DNA from: Clostridia bacterium
Lineage (GTDB): Bacteria > Bacillota > Clostridia > Oscillospirales > CAG-272
Assembly: GCA_017621415.1 (NCBI GenBank)
Contig: JAGATD010000057.1
Span: forward strand, 1,021 to 65,020
DNA length: 64,000 nt
Direction: 5' to 3'
Below are positions 7,520-16,655 of this stretch, in pieces. The stretch's first letter is position 1, and each line of letters opens with the position of its first letter. Both the position numbers and the translations under genes were made by a program. The notes beneath the pieces were generated by a model that ran no database searches, was not told the origin of the DNA, and was given only the letters and a program-made list of their open reading frames with translations.

Positions 7520-9052
7520 ATGAGTAGTTCAAAATACAAATTTTTTAAAAGCGGCGCAATGCTTACTGCCGTTGCTCTTGCTATGCGAACCGTATCTATG
7601 TTTTTCGGTGCGTTTATTTCAAGGGCAGTGGGTGCTGAGGGAACGGGCATTTATACACTGGTTATGACTGTTTATTCTTTTGCGGTCACCTTTGCGACAT
7701 CGGGGATAAGTCTTACTGTTACAAGGCTTACAGCATCAAGAATAGGCGACGGTAGACCGAGTGAGGTAGGTCGGATTCTCAGAGGCGCATTGATTTATGC
7801 CTCTGTTTTCGGCGCTCTTGCCACTCTTTTTCTCTTTTTCGGTGCGGATTTTCTCGGAGGAGCCGTGCTTGGTGACAGAAGAACCGCACAGTCGCTCAAA
7901 ATTCTTTCCTTTTCGCTTGTGCCCATAGCTCTCGGCTCGGTTTTTTCGGGGTATTTTGTCGGAGTTAAGAGGGTTGGATTTAACGCAGCGGTACAGGTAG
8001 CCGGTCAATTTTTTAAAATCATATTAACTGTTATACTTGTCACAAGAGTCTCAGGGGAGGGAATTTTAAAATCTGTATCAGCCCTCTGTCTCGGAATTAC
8101 ATTTACCGAAATTGTGGCATTTGTATTTATTTTTGGCGAATATCTTTTTGACAGAAGAAAGAATACAAAAATAAAAGCTCCCTGTGTGCCCGAAATAAAA
8201 GAGGTTGCAAAAATGGCTCTTCCTCTTGCCTTTTCTGCCTATGTGCGCTCGGTTCTTTTGAATATCGAGCATATACTTATACCGAGAAAGCTAAGGGAAA
8301 GCGGAGAAAGCGAGGCTGAGGCATATTCTCACTACGGAACTCTTCACGGAATGGCGCTGCCGCTTATTCTTTACCCAATGTCGCCGCTGTCCTCCTTTTC
8401 GGGGCTTCTTGTGCCCGAGTTTGCTGAGGATATGGCGGCGGGAAGAAATGACAGAATGAAGCGCATTGCCTCAGATGCTTTAAACACCACCCTCTCGTAT
8501 GCTGTGATAACCGCAACTTTAATTTATATGTTTGCCGAGGAGCTTGGGTATGTGATATACGATTCCTACGATGCGGGCTATTATATTTCAACACTTGCTC
8601 TTGTTATTCCAATAATGTATCTCGACCATGTTACAGACTCGATACTAAAGGGTATCGGCGAGCAGGTTTTCTCAATGTGGGTAAACATCACCGACTCCTG
8701 CCTTTCGGTTATTCTTGTGTGGTTTTTAATACCGCGTATGGGTATTATGGGATACGCGTTGGTCATTGTAATTATGGAGGGTTATAACTTTTTGCTTTCC
8801 GTATGGAGACTGCAAAAGCGGGTCGGCTTTAGCATAAAACCTCTGGAATCGATAGTTATTCCTCTTCTTTCAAGCGTACTCTCATGCTCATTAACGGGCA
8901 TGCTATTCGACCTTCGGGGCAGTACGGCATCAGCACCGCATCTCACTCTTAAAATTATTTTTTCGGTATGCATAACAGTTGCCTCATTCGTTTTATTTAG
9001 CCGTATTCAAAACAACAGTAATGCTAAAAAACTAAAACGAAAAGCAAAGTAA
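7520..9052 (+). CDS. spoVB: MOP-superfamily flippase, SpoVB-like (stage V sporulation protein B / polysaccharide biosynthesis protein)
   Basis: 510 aa with about 14 TM segments. Start moved to ATG 7520 (MSSSKYKFFKSGAML) with a GGAG 8 nt upstream. The track's upstream extension overlaps the Cof gene and the terminator. Confidence 0.75.
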   Translation: MSSSKYKFFKSGAMLTAVALAMRTVSMFFGAFISRAVGAEGTGIYTLVMTVYSFAVTFATSGISLTVTRLTASRIGDGRPSEVGRILRGALIYASVFGALATLFLFFGADFLGGAVLGDRRTAQSLKILSFSLVPIALGSVFSGYFVGVKRVGFNAAVQVAGQFFKIILTVILVTRVSGEGILKSVSALCLGITFTEIVAFVFIFGEYLFDRRKNTKIKAPCVPEIKEVAKMALPLAFSAYVRSVLLNIEHILIPRKLRESGESEAEAYSHYGTLHGMALPLILYPMSPLSSFSGLLVPEFAEDMAAGRNDRMKRIASDALNTTLSYAVITATLIYMFAEELGYVIYDSYDAGYYISTLALVIPIMYLDHVTDSILKGIGEQVFSMWVNITDSCLSVILVWFLIPRMGIMGYALVIVIMEGYNFLLSVWRLQKRVGFSIKPLESIVIPLLSSVLSCSLTGMLFDLRGSTASAPHLTLKIIFSVCITVASFVLFSRIQNNSNAKKLKRKAK

Positions 9053-9059
9053 AAGAAAT

Positions 9060-9092
9060 GCGCCTTGAACGCTAAAATTACGTTCAAGGCGC
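9060..9092. terminator. Hairpin between the convergent spoVB-like and CNNM genes
   Basis: Perfect 12-bp stem GCGCCTTGAACG/CGTTCAAGGCGC with a 9-nt loop. No strong T-run on either side. Confidence 0.55.
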
Positions 9093-9112
9093 TAAAATGT
9101 AAACTACAATTT

Positions 9113-10444
9113 TCAATTTTTAAAGAAAGTCTGCTGTTCACCGTCGGATGAGTCTTTGTCCTTTTCTTCGTTTTCATCCTCGTCTGCCTCGTCCTCACGG
9201 AGGTCGGTTACGTGAACATTTTCGATACGTCGACCGTCGAGCTCAAGGACCTCAACCTTAAGACCGTGCTCTTCAAATACGTCGCCAACCTCAGGGAGTC
9301 TACCGAGAGCCTCCATAGCCCAACCGTTTATGGTTACAAGGTCGCTCTCCTCGTCGGTGGTTATATCAAGAAGGTCAAAGAGCTTGTCGGTGTTGGCTTT
9401 ACCGGAAACTATGTATTCCTTTTCGCCGATTTCCTTTATTTCCTCGACAACCTCGTCGTGCTCATCCCATATCTCACCGACAATCTCCTCAAGAATATCC
9501 TCAAGAGTAACAATACCTGCGGTAGAGCCGTACTCGTCTGTAACAACAGCGAGGTGCAGCTGCTTATCCTGCAGCTCCTTCATAAGCTCGTTTACCTGTT
9601 GGGTTGTCGCTACAAACATAACAGGCTTGATTATATCGGTAATGGGTGTGCTTTTGCCAAATGCTTTGGTGTAAAAGTCCTTGTAATAAAGAATTCCGAT
9701 AACGTTATCAAGGTCGCCCTCATAGATAGGAATTCTAGAGTATCCCGATTCAGCAAAGGTTTTTGCAATGGTAGCCTTATCCGCATCGGCGGGCAGCGCG
9801 GTTATATCGCGTCTGGGAGTAAAGATGTCGCTGACCTCAAGGTCGCCAAACTCGATAGCGCTCTTGATAAGCGAGCTCTCCTCCTCGTCAATTCCGCCCT
9901 CCTCCTCGGCTTCCTCGATAATGGAGATAAGCTCCTCTTCTGTCATACCCTTGTCGTCAGAGGATTTGAAGATTTTGGCAAGAAGTGTCTGCCAAGCCTT
10001 GAAAACGAAGTTGAACGGGGTAAGAATAATGCGGATAAAGTTGATTATAGGGGCAGAGAAGAGTACAAACTTCTCAGGCATATTTTTCGCGATGGTCTTG
10101 GGGGATATCTCTCCGAACACAAGGACAACAACGGTGAGAACAACCGTTGACACAGTTGCGGCAAGATCCGCGTTTGATGCGAGAATTCCCGTAAAGAAGA
10201 GAGTACCGAGAGATGCGGCGAGAATGTTTACTATGTTGTTACCTATTAGTATCGTAGAAATAAGCGAGTCGTAGTTGTCCTCAAGCTTAAGAGCGAGGGC
10301 GGCTTTCTTATTTCCTTTTTCGGCCATAGTCTTGACTCTGATTTTGTTGAATGTGGAAAATGCGGTCTCGGTAGCCGAGAAATAAGCCGACATAATCACG
10401 CAAATAACGATTATCACAAGATAGGTCACTAGATGAGGTTCCAT
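9113..10444 (-). CDS. CNNM/DUF21-CBS-CorC_HlyC family protein (hemolysin-like, putative Mg2+/Co2+ efflux)
   Basis: 443 aa. N-terminal 4-TM CNNM domain (SAYFSATETAF), a tandem CBS region, a C-terminal CorC_HlyC-like domain, and an acidic tail. Confidence 0.88.
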   Translation of the reverse strand: MEPHLVTYLVIIVICVIMSAYFSATETAFSTFNKIRVKTMAEKGNKKAALALKLEDNYDSLISTILIGNNIVNILAASLGTLFFTGILASNADLAATVSTVVLTVVVLVFGEISPKTIAKNMPEKFVLFSAPIINFIRIILTPFNFVFKAWQTLLAKIFKSSDDKGMTEEELISIIEEAEEEGGIDEEESSLIKSAIEFGDLEVSDIFTPRRDITALPADADKATIAKTFAESGYSRIPIYEGDLDNVIGILYYKDFYTKAFGKSTPITDIIKPVMFVATTQQVNELMKELQDKQLHLAVVTDEYGSTAGIVTLEDILEEIVGEIWDEHDEVVEEIKEIGEKEYIVSGKANTDKLFDLLDITTDEESDLVTINGWAMEALGRLPEVGDVFEEHGLKVEVLELDGRRIENVHVTDLREDEADEDENEEKDKDSSDGEQQTFFKN

Positions 10445-10521
10445 AACAGTTTTTTAAAAAACACCTTTCAAATTTTGTTTTAATTCATAACGTGTCATAA
10501 CGTGCCGGTGCTGAAAACAGC

Positions 10522-10564
10522 AAAAAAAGGCATAACCGTACCCAAAAATGCGTGCGGCTAAGCC
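10522..10564 (-). terminator. Intrinsic terminator inside the 5' leader of the CNNM gene (attenuator)
   Basis: Minus strand: GGCTTAGCCGCACGCA-TTTTT-GGGTACGGTTATGCC (about 12 of 15 positions paired), followed by TTTTTTT. Lies about 80 nt upstream of the CNNM ATG. Confidence 0.6.
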
Positions 10565-10626
10565 TGAATAGACGAATATTTGGAAATAAAGTTGGGACAA
10601 TTATCCGCGTCCGCGCCGTCGTCCAT
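10558..10626 (-). CDS. Candidate 22-aa leader peptide (uORF) MDDGADADNCPNFISKYSSIQA
   Basis: AGGAGG (10631-10636), 4-nt spacer, ATG 10626. The TAG stop (10558-10560) lies inside the 5' arm of the leader terminator. Confidence 0.35.
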   Translation of the reverse strand: MDDGADADNCPNFISKYSSIQA

Positions 10627-10680
10627 GATTCCTCCTGGTTTAAATCACCGAGCCTATGCTCAAAGCGTTATGTAATATAT

Positions 10681-10709
10681 ATGCTACCACAAAAAAAACG
10701 AAATGTCAA
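10681..10709 (-). promoter_or_regulatory. Promoter of the CNNM leader transcript
   Basis: Minus strand: TTGACA (10704-10709), 17 nt, TGgTAGCAT (-10 at 10681-10686). Confidence 0.5.
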
Positions 10710-10786
10710 GAGTTTTTTCAAAATAGATGCCTTGTTCTGTTTTTTTTACAAAATTCCAATAAAATTAAAGAAAATTTCAAATTCTA

Positions 10787-10815
10787 TTGACTTATTGCTT
10801 TTCCTGTGCTATAAT
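10787..10815 (+). promoter_or_regulatory. Near-consensus sigma-A promoter for the membrane protein gene
   Basis: TTGACT (10787-10792), 17 nt, TGcTATAAT (10807-10815). Confidence 0.65.
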
Positions 10816-10854
10816 AATAAAAAATGTGCCGGAAGAGAGGTAGTTTTTACATAA

Positions 10855-11547
10855 ATGCCCACGTTCGAACAAATAATTACTGCCGAATTTGATTTTGCGG
10901 CAATGAAAGAGCTTATCTTTAAGATATACACACATCCCTATGTCGACAAGGCTGTTCAGTTTGTGGCTGAATTTGTTGAAAGCATTTCTCCGTTTTTGTG
11001 GGCGGGTATACTTTTGGCGCTCGGTTTGGTTTTGTCTAATTTCGGCAAGAAGCTGTTAGCTGTGCCGCTTGTGGTTGGAATTGCCGGCATCGGTTTTCTC
11101 GGAGGTGCGGTTTATCTTGCGCCCCGTATAGCTGCTTTTGTTGACGGTGTCGAATTCATTAAAGCCTTTATATCAATAGACCCTATTGTGGTCGGTATTG
11201 TATTTGCCGCTATCGGCGCAATCCTGTTTCTTCCTATTTATTATTTTGGATATGCCGCAGGATTTGGCTATTTGGCTTATCTCTTCGTTTATCCGTTTTG
11301 CAACACCCTGTTCGAGAGCTCTACCGCTATGATTATAGGTCTTGGCGCTTCCGTTGCAGTAGCTGTTGTTGCTTTCATATTCCGTAAGTGGATAGAGATG
11401 GCGGTTACCTCTGTCGCGGGCGCATACATCGTTATGTGGGCGGTTTATGTCGCATTCCCGCTTCCCGAAATCGTAAATTACATAATTTGGGCAGTCTTTG
11501 CTGTTGAGGGACTTATTGTTCAGATCAAAACACGTCGCAGATATTAA
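10855..11547 (+). CDS. Integral membrane protein of unknown function
   Basis: 230 aa with 6-7 hydrophobic segments and a basic C-terminal tail KTRRRY. Has its own promoter and terminator. Confidence 0.7.
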   Translation: MPTFEQIITAEFDFAAMKELIFKIYTHPYVDKAVQFVAEFVESISPFLWAGILLALGLVLSNFGKKLLAVPLVVGIAGIGFLGGAVYLAPRIAAFVDGVEFIKAFISIDPIVVGIVFAAIGAILFLPIYYFGYAAGFGYLAYLFVYPFCNTLFESSTAMIIGLGASVAVAVVAFIFRKWIEMAVTSVAGAYIVMWAVYVAFPLPEIVNYIIWAVFAVEGLIVQIKTRRRY

Positions 11548-11568
11548 AGTATTAATATGTATGTTTTT

Positions 11569-11603
11569 TACACGGTCAGGCATTCTGACCGTGTATTCTT
11601 TTT
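11569..11603 (+). terminator. Rho-independent terminator
   Basis: 11-bp stem TACACGGTCAG/CTGACCGTGTA with a 5-nt loop, then TTCTTTTT. Confidence 0.8.
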
Positions 11604-11651
11604 GTCAAGCGGGTGTTGCTATCTTTTTATTATTAAAGTTATATATATATA

Positions 11652-11680
11652 TTGACTTTTTTATTTATTTGTAGTAAAAT
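11652..11680 (+). promoter_or_regulatory. Promoter for the transketolase operon
   Basis: TTGACT (11652-11657), 17 nt, TAAAAT (11675-11680). Confidence 0.55.
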
Positions 11681-11766
11681 ATTAGAAACGGTGCTAAAGG
11701 GCACCAAATTACAGTGTCTCAAAAATATTAAATATTCTAACCACAAAGTATGGTAAAGGAGCAACA

Positions 11767-12606
11767 ATGGACAAGAAAAAACAACTTGAACTTTCTCGCA
11801 TAGCGAATGACATCCGCATTGACGTTATTGAGGGCGTTTATAATGCAGGCTGTGGCCATCCCGGCGGCTCTCTCTCAATGGCCGATGTTATGGCTTATCT
11901 TTATTTTGAGGAACTTCGCATTGACCCCAAAAATCCTAAGTGGGAGGATAGAGACCGCTTTGTTCTCTCTAAGGGACACACAGCGCCCGTTCTTTACGCA
12001 GCACTTGCTGAGCGCGGATTCTTCCCCAAGGAGGACCTTAAAACTCTTAGAAAAACCACATCTTATCTCCAGGGTCACCCTGACATGAAGGGCACTCCCG
12101 GTGTCGATATGACAACCGGCTCTCTCGGTCTCGGCTTCTCCGCAGCATGCGGTATGGCTCTTTCCGGTAAGATTAACAATAAGGATTACCGTGTTTACAC
12201 CGTTCTCGGCGACGGTGAGAGCGAGGAGGGACAGGTTTGGGAGGCTGCTATGTTTGCGGCTCACTACAAGCTTGATAACCTTGTTGCGGTTCTTGACTGG
12301 AACGGCTTGCAGATAGACGGACCTATCGCTGAGGTTATGAATCCCACTCCTCATGACGAAAAGTTCCGCGCGTTCGGTTGGCATGTAATTTCTATATGCG
12401 CTCACGACCTTGAGGCGATAGAGGCAGCATTTGCCGAGGCTAAAACAGTTAAGGGCAAGCCCACTGTTATTATTGCTAAGTCGGTTAAGGGTAAGGGTGT
12501 TTCCTATATGGAAAATGCTTGTGAGTGGCACGGTCAGGCTCCTAAGGAGGACCTTTATAAGGTCGCAATAGAGGATCTTGAGAAAATTGCAGAGAGCTTG
12601 AAATAA
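11767..12606 (+). CDS. Transketolase, N-terminal (thiamine diphosphate-binding) subunit
   Basis: 279 aa. GHPGGSLS and GDGESEEGQVWEA motifs. The split tkt arrangement is common in Clostridia. Confidence 0.93.
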   Translation: MDKKKQLELSRIANDIRIDVIEGVYNAGCGHPGGSLSMADVMAYLYFEELRIDPKNPKWEDRDRFVLSKGHTAPVLYAALAERGFFPKEDLKTLRKTTSYLQGHPDMKGTPGVDMTTGSLGLGFSAACGMALSGKINNKDYRVYTVLGDGESEEGQVWEAAMFAAHYKLDNLVAVLDWNGLQIDGPIAEVMNPTPHDEKFRAFGWHVISICAHDLEAIEAAFAEAKTVKGKPTVIIAKSVKGKGVSYMENACEWHGQAPKEDLYKVAIEDLEKIAESLK

Positions 12607-12620
12607 GGAGGAGTAGAACA

Positions 12621-13565
12621 ATGGCAGATAAAAAAGCAACCAGAGAAGCCTATGGCGCAGCTCTTGCTACCTTAGGTGAAAAATATGATTTCGTAGTTCT
12701 TGACGCTGACCTTGCGGCAGCGACAAAGACAGGCGTGTTTAAAAAGAAATTTCCCGAGAGATTCTTTGACTGCGGTATTGCAGAGGGCAATATGGTAAGC
12801 GTTGCGGCAGGTATTGCTACAACAGGCCAAAAGGTATTCGCAACCTCCTTTGCGATGTTTGCTGCAGGCAGAGCCTATGAGCAGATAAGAAACTCTATCG
12901 GTTATCCCCATCTTAATGTTAATATTGTGGGTACTCACGCATCTATCACCGTTGGTGAAGACGGCGCAACCCACCAGTGCAGCGAGGACCTGGCTCTTAT
13001 GCGTACCATTCCCGGTATGACAGTTATTTCTCCCGCTGATGCAACCGAGGCTTATGCGGCTGTTGAGGCAGCTCTTCTTCATGACGGTCCTTGTTATCTC
13101 CGCTTTGGCAGATTTGCAGTTCCGGATCTTACCGCAGAGATGTCTGACTACAAGTTCGAGCTTGGTAAGGGTGTTACATACCGTGAGGGCAGCGATGTTA
13201 CCATAGTAGCAAACGGATATATGGTTCACCTTGCGCTTGAGGCAGCGGATATTCTTAAAGCTGAGGGAATTTCCGCAGGTGTTATTAATATTCATACAAT
13301 AAAGCCTCTTGATACAGAGCTTCTTACAAAGGCTGCAAAAGAGACAGGCGCAATAGTTACCGCGGAGGAGCACAGTGTTATCGGCGGTCTTGGCGCAGCT
13401 GTTTGCGAGGCTCTCTCTGAGACCTGCCCCGTTCCTGTGATGCGCGTTGGCGTTCAGGATACCTTCGGCAGAAGCGGTAAGGTTCCCGAGCTTCTTGAGA
13501 TGTACGGTCTTACTGCGGCAAACATTGCTGAAAATGCGCGCCGTGCGATAGCGCTCAAGAAGTAA
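12621..13565 (+). CDS. Transketolase, C-terminal (pyrimidine-binding) subunit
   Basis: 314 aa. FDCGIAEGNMV motif. Follows the N-terminal subunit after a 14-nt gap containing an AGGAGG RBS. Confidence 0.93.
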   Translation: MADKKATREAYGAALATLGEKYDFVVLDADLAAATKTGVFKKKFPERFFDCGIAEGNMVSVAAGIATTGQKVFATSFAMFAAGRAYEQIRNSIGYPHLNVNIVGTHASITVGEDGATHQCSEDLALMRTIPGMTVISPADATEAYAAVEAALLHDGPCYLRFGRFAVPDLTAEMSDYKFELGKGVTYREGSDVTIVANGYMVHLALEAADILKAEGISAGVINIHTIKPLDTELLTKAAKETGAIVTAEEHSVIGGLGAAVCEALSETCPVPVMRVGVQDTFGRSGKVPELLEMYGLTAANIAENARRAIALKK

Positions 13566-13593
13566 ATTCTAAATTTTAGGGAAGGTTCGGGAT

Positions 13594-14295
13594 ATGAAAA
13601 GAATATTATTAAAGCTTTCGGGCGAGGCTTTGGCAAACGGCCAGCAGAATGAGATTTATGACGGTCCCTATGTTGACAGGGTTGCCGCCGCAATAAAGCA
13701 GTGTGCCGATGACGGTCTTGAGATTGCCGTTGTTGTGGGCGCCGGCAATATATGGAGGGGCAGAAGCGGTACTGAAATGAACCATACCGCAGCCGACCAT
13801 ATGGGAATGCTTGCAACGGTTATCAACTCCATTTATCTTAAGGATGCTCTTATACGCGCGGGAGCCAGAGCTGAGGTTATGACCGCAGTTCCTATGATGC
13901 CCTTTGCCGACGGATATTCGGCAGATAAAGCAATCAGTGCGCTTGAGAGCGGTAAAATAGTTATCTTCGGCGCAGGACTCGGCATTCCCTTCCTCTCTAC
14001 CGATACGGCAGGGGTGGTAAGAGCCGCTGAGATTTCGGCAGATGCTATGTTTATGGCAAAGAATGTTGACTATATTTATACCGATGATCCCAGAAAAAAT
14101 CCCGATGCCAAAAAGCTTGAGACGGTTAAAGCCTCCGAGATGCTGGCAATGAACCTTAAGGCTATCGATTCAACAGCCGCAGCCTTCTCTATGTCAAACA
14201 ACCTTCCTATACACGTTTTCGGCTTTACCTCTCCCGAGGATATAGTAAAGGCTCTCAGAGGCGAGCGTGTAGGCACTATAATTCTGGCAGAATAA
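13594..14295 (+). CDS. pyrH: UMP kinase
   Basis: 233 aa. KLSGEAL N-terminus and GAGNIWRG motif. Conserved pyrH-frr synteny. Confidence 0.95.
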   Translation: MKRILLKLSGEALANGQQNEIYDGPYVDRVAAAIKQCADDGLEIAVVVGAGNIWRGRSGTEMNHTAADHMGMLATVINSIYLKDALIRAGARAEVMTAVPMMPFADGYSADKAISALESGKIVIFGAGLGIPFLSTDTAGVVRAAEISADAMFMAKNVDYIYTDDPRKNPDAKKLETVKASEMLAMNLKAIDSTAAAFSMSNNLPIHVFGFTSPEDIVKALRGERVGTIILAE

Positions 14296-14323
14296 GAGAA
14301 ATAAGAAAGGCAAGGAATAAAAA

Positions 14324-14878
14324 ATGAAACTTGATACTAAAGATTACGAAGCAAAAATGAAAAAAACCATTGCTTCCTATTCCGAAAACCTCTCCACAAT
14401 AAGAGCGGGAAGAGCGAATCCCGATGTTCTTAAAAAAATAAATGTAGACTATTACGGCTCGCCCACAGCTATTTCGGCAATAGCTGAAATTAAGGTTACC
14501 GATGCTCGTACAATAGTTATCACCGCTTGGGATAAGTCTGCTATCAAGGGAATTGAAAAGGCTATTCTCACATCCGATCTCGGAATAAATCCCCAGAGCG
14601 ACGGAACTGCTATCCGCCTTAACTTCCCCCCCACAACCGAGGAGAGAAGAAAAGAGCTTTCTAAGCAGATAGCAAAGCTTGGCGAGGACGCAAAGGTTGC
14701 TATTCGTAATATTCGCCGTGATGCAAACGATAAAGTAAAGGCGGACAAGAAGAACTCGGTTATGACCGAGGATGAGGCTAAGCAGTCCGATAAGCTTGTT
14801 CAGGACCTTACCGATAAGTATATTAAAGAGATTGACACTCTCACCGCAGCAAAGACTAAGGAAATAATGGAGATTTAA
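14324..14878 (+). CDS. frr: Ribosome recycling factor
   Basis: 184 aa. LSTIRAGRANP and IRNIRRDAND signatures. Confidence 0.96.
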   Translation: MKLDTKDYEAKMKKTIASYSENLSTIRAGRANPDVLKKINVDYYGSPTAISAIAEIKVTDARTIVITAWDKSAIKGIEKAILTSDLGINPQSDGTAIRLNFPPTTEERRKELSKQIAKLGEDAKVAIRNIRRDANDKVKADKKNSVMTEDEAKQSDKLVQDLTDKYIKEIDTLTAAKTKEIMEI

Positions 14879-14900
14879 TCTCCCGATAAGGAGCTTTTCA

Positions 14901-15638
14901 TTGAAGATTTTCGGCAAAGATAAGAGCGAAGAAAAAAAGCTGGATTCGGTTGCTATAATAATGGACGGAAACGGCCGTTGGGCAAAGGCTAGGGGTCTTG
15001 ACAGAACAATGGGCCATAAGGCGGGAGCAAAGATAGTTCAGGGAATACTTGAGCATCTTCGCGACCTTGGAATACATCATGTGACTCTTTATGCCTTCTC
15101 TACCGAGAATTGGAAAAGACCTAAGCGTGAGGTAGATATGCTTATGGAGCTTTTCTACCAGTATCTTGATACCGTTGTTTTGAAAATTGTTAAGGAAGAC
15201 GAGAGCTTTTGCATGAGGATAATAGGCGACAAGCAAAGACTTTCCGAAAAGCTGAGAAACAAATGTATTGAGATAGAGGAGCTTTCGGCAGGACGGCCCT
15301 TTATCTGTAATCTTGCATTAAACTATGGCGGTCGTGACGATATTGTCAATGCGGCAAACTCTGCCATAAATGACGGTCACACCGAGCTGACAGAGGAGAT
15401 TTTGTCAAGGTATATATATACATCATCGTCTCCCGACCCTGACCTGGTTATTCGAACAGGCGGTGATTTCAGAATTTCAAACTTCCTGCTTTGGCAGATT
15501 GCTTATTCCGAATTTATAGTTCTTGACACACTATGGCCTGACCTTACTAATGAGGATATAGACAGGTGTATTGAGCATTTTTATAAGCGAAACCGCCGCT
15601 TTGGCGGTCTTGACCCTGAAGAAACAAATAAAGCATAA
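14901..15638 (+). CDS. uppS: Isoprenyl transferase (undecaprenyl diphosphate synthase)
   Basis: 245 aa. IIMDGNGRWA and FSTENWKRP motifs. TTG start with AAGGAG 7 nt upstream. Confidence 0.94.
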   Translation: MKIFGKDKSEEKKLDSVAIIMDGNGRWAKARGLDRTMGHKAGAKIVQGILEHLRDLGIHHVTLYAFSTENWKRPKREVDMLMELFYQYLDTVVLKIVKEDESFCMRIIGDKQRLSEKLRNKCIEIEELSAGRPFICNLALNYGGRDDIVNAANSAINDGHTELTEEILSRYIYTSSSPDPDLVIRTGGDFRISNFLLWQIAYSEFIVLDTLWPDLTNEDIDRCIEHFYKRNRRFGGLDPEETNKA

Positions 15639-15657
15639 CTAGAGGTTTTTTTATACG

Positions 15658-16515
15658 ATGAGAATACGTACTGTCACATCGGCAATAATTCTTGCCGTAA
15701 TGGTACCTGTGTTGATTTTTTCAGAATATCTTATATACCCTATTGTTCTGGGATTGGTTGCTGTAATGGCCGTTTTTGAGCTGCTTCGGGTTATCGGAGT
15801 TCATAAGCTGTGGAAAATATCTATTCCCGCCTATGTTATGGCGCTTGCACTTCCGATTTTGACTCACGATATCTTTCTTGACCAGAATCCCGAGTTTCAG
15901 AAAAATTATATGCTCTTTGCCGTTGCTACGGTTTTTGCGTATATGCTTTATATTATGGCTATTGCCGTTTTTTCAAAGGGGGAAATAAAGTTTTCTAAGG
16001 TTGCGGAGGTATTTCTCACCGTTACCTATGTTGTAATGTCATTTACAGCCCTTTGCCTTTTGAGGTACATAACCGATGGCACAAATGATATGGGAACATT
16101 CTGCTTCTTCCTTGTTTTCCTCGCTGCTTGGGGAACCGACGTTGGAGCGTATCTTGTAGGCTCTCTTATCGGAAAGCACAAGCTGATACCCGATGTCAGT
16201 CCCAAAAAGAGTGTTGAGGGTGCTGTTGGCGGTGTTGTTTTAGCTGTGATTTGCTTTGTTATATACGGTGCTGTTGTTTCTCACTTTACCGAGCTGCAGG
16301 CAAATTATCCGCTGCTGGTTATAATTGCCGTGGTTCTCTCTGTCGTTTCGCAGATAGGTGACCTTATTGCCTCGCTTATCAAGCGTGAATATGGAATAAA
16401 GGATTACGGAAAGCTGCTTCCGGGACATGGCGGTATAATGGATAGATTTGATTCTATTCTTGCGGTATCGCTGCCTCTTGTTATGATATGCCTTTGGGCA
16501 TCGCCTTTTAATTAA
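15658..16515 (+). CDS. cdsA: Phosphatidate cytidylyltransferase
   Basis: 285 aa, multi-TM. Signature SLIKREYGIKDYGKLLPGHGGIMDRFDS. Confidence 0.94.
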   Translation: MRIRTVTSAIILAVMVPVLIFSEYLIYPIVLGLVAVMAVFELLRVIGVHKLWKISIPAYVMALALPILTHDIFLDQNPEFQKNYMLFAVATVFAYMLYIMAIAVFSKGEIKFSKVAEVFLTVTYVVMSFTALCLLRYITDGTNDMGTFCFFLVFLAAWGTDVGAYLVGSLIGKHKLIPDVSPKKSVEGAVGGVVLAVICFVIYGAVVSHFTELQANYPLLVIIAVVLSVVSQIGDLIASLIKREYGIKDYGKLLPGHGGIMDRFDSILAVSLPLVMICLWASPFN

Positions 16516-16655
16516 GACATTATCCTTTTGTAGGATAGCTTTAAACCGCCGCGCCGTGATGTGTGGCGGTTTTTGAAACCGTAGAACAAAACAACGCGGT
16601 TTTATCGCTGACAAAAGTTTTATTATATGCCTTATGGCTTAAGACGGAGACTATA

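Noticed and set aside
9212-10150. 312-aa + strand ORF (plus 9330-9674 and 9768-10274) inside the CNNM gene.
   Set aside because: These are antisense shadow ORFs. The minus-strand frame carries clear CNNM/CBS/CorC motifs, while these frames are low-complexity (Ser/Leu/Val-rich) with no RBS.
10552-10854. 100-aa + strand ORF in the CNNM/membrane-protein intergenic region.
   Set aside because: It has no RBS. It runs through the promoter of the next gene and is antisense to the leader, uORF and terminator that explain the region better.
11641-11652. (AT)6 microsatellite.
   Set aside because: It is a short simple repeat just upstream of a -35 box, with no evidence of function or variability from a single sequence.
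11875-13373. Minus-strand ORFs 11875-12639 and 12672-13373 across the transketolase genes.
   Set aside because: They are shadows of strongly motif-supported + strand genes, with Cys/Leu/Asn-rich nonsense composition and no RBS.
14276-14917. 213-aa minus-strand ORF antisense to frr.
   Set aside because: frr is unambiguous on the + strand, so the antisense frame is a codon-bias artefact.
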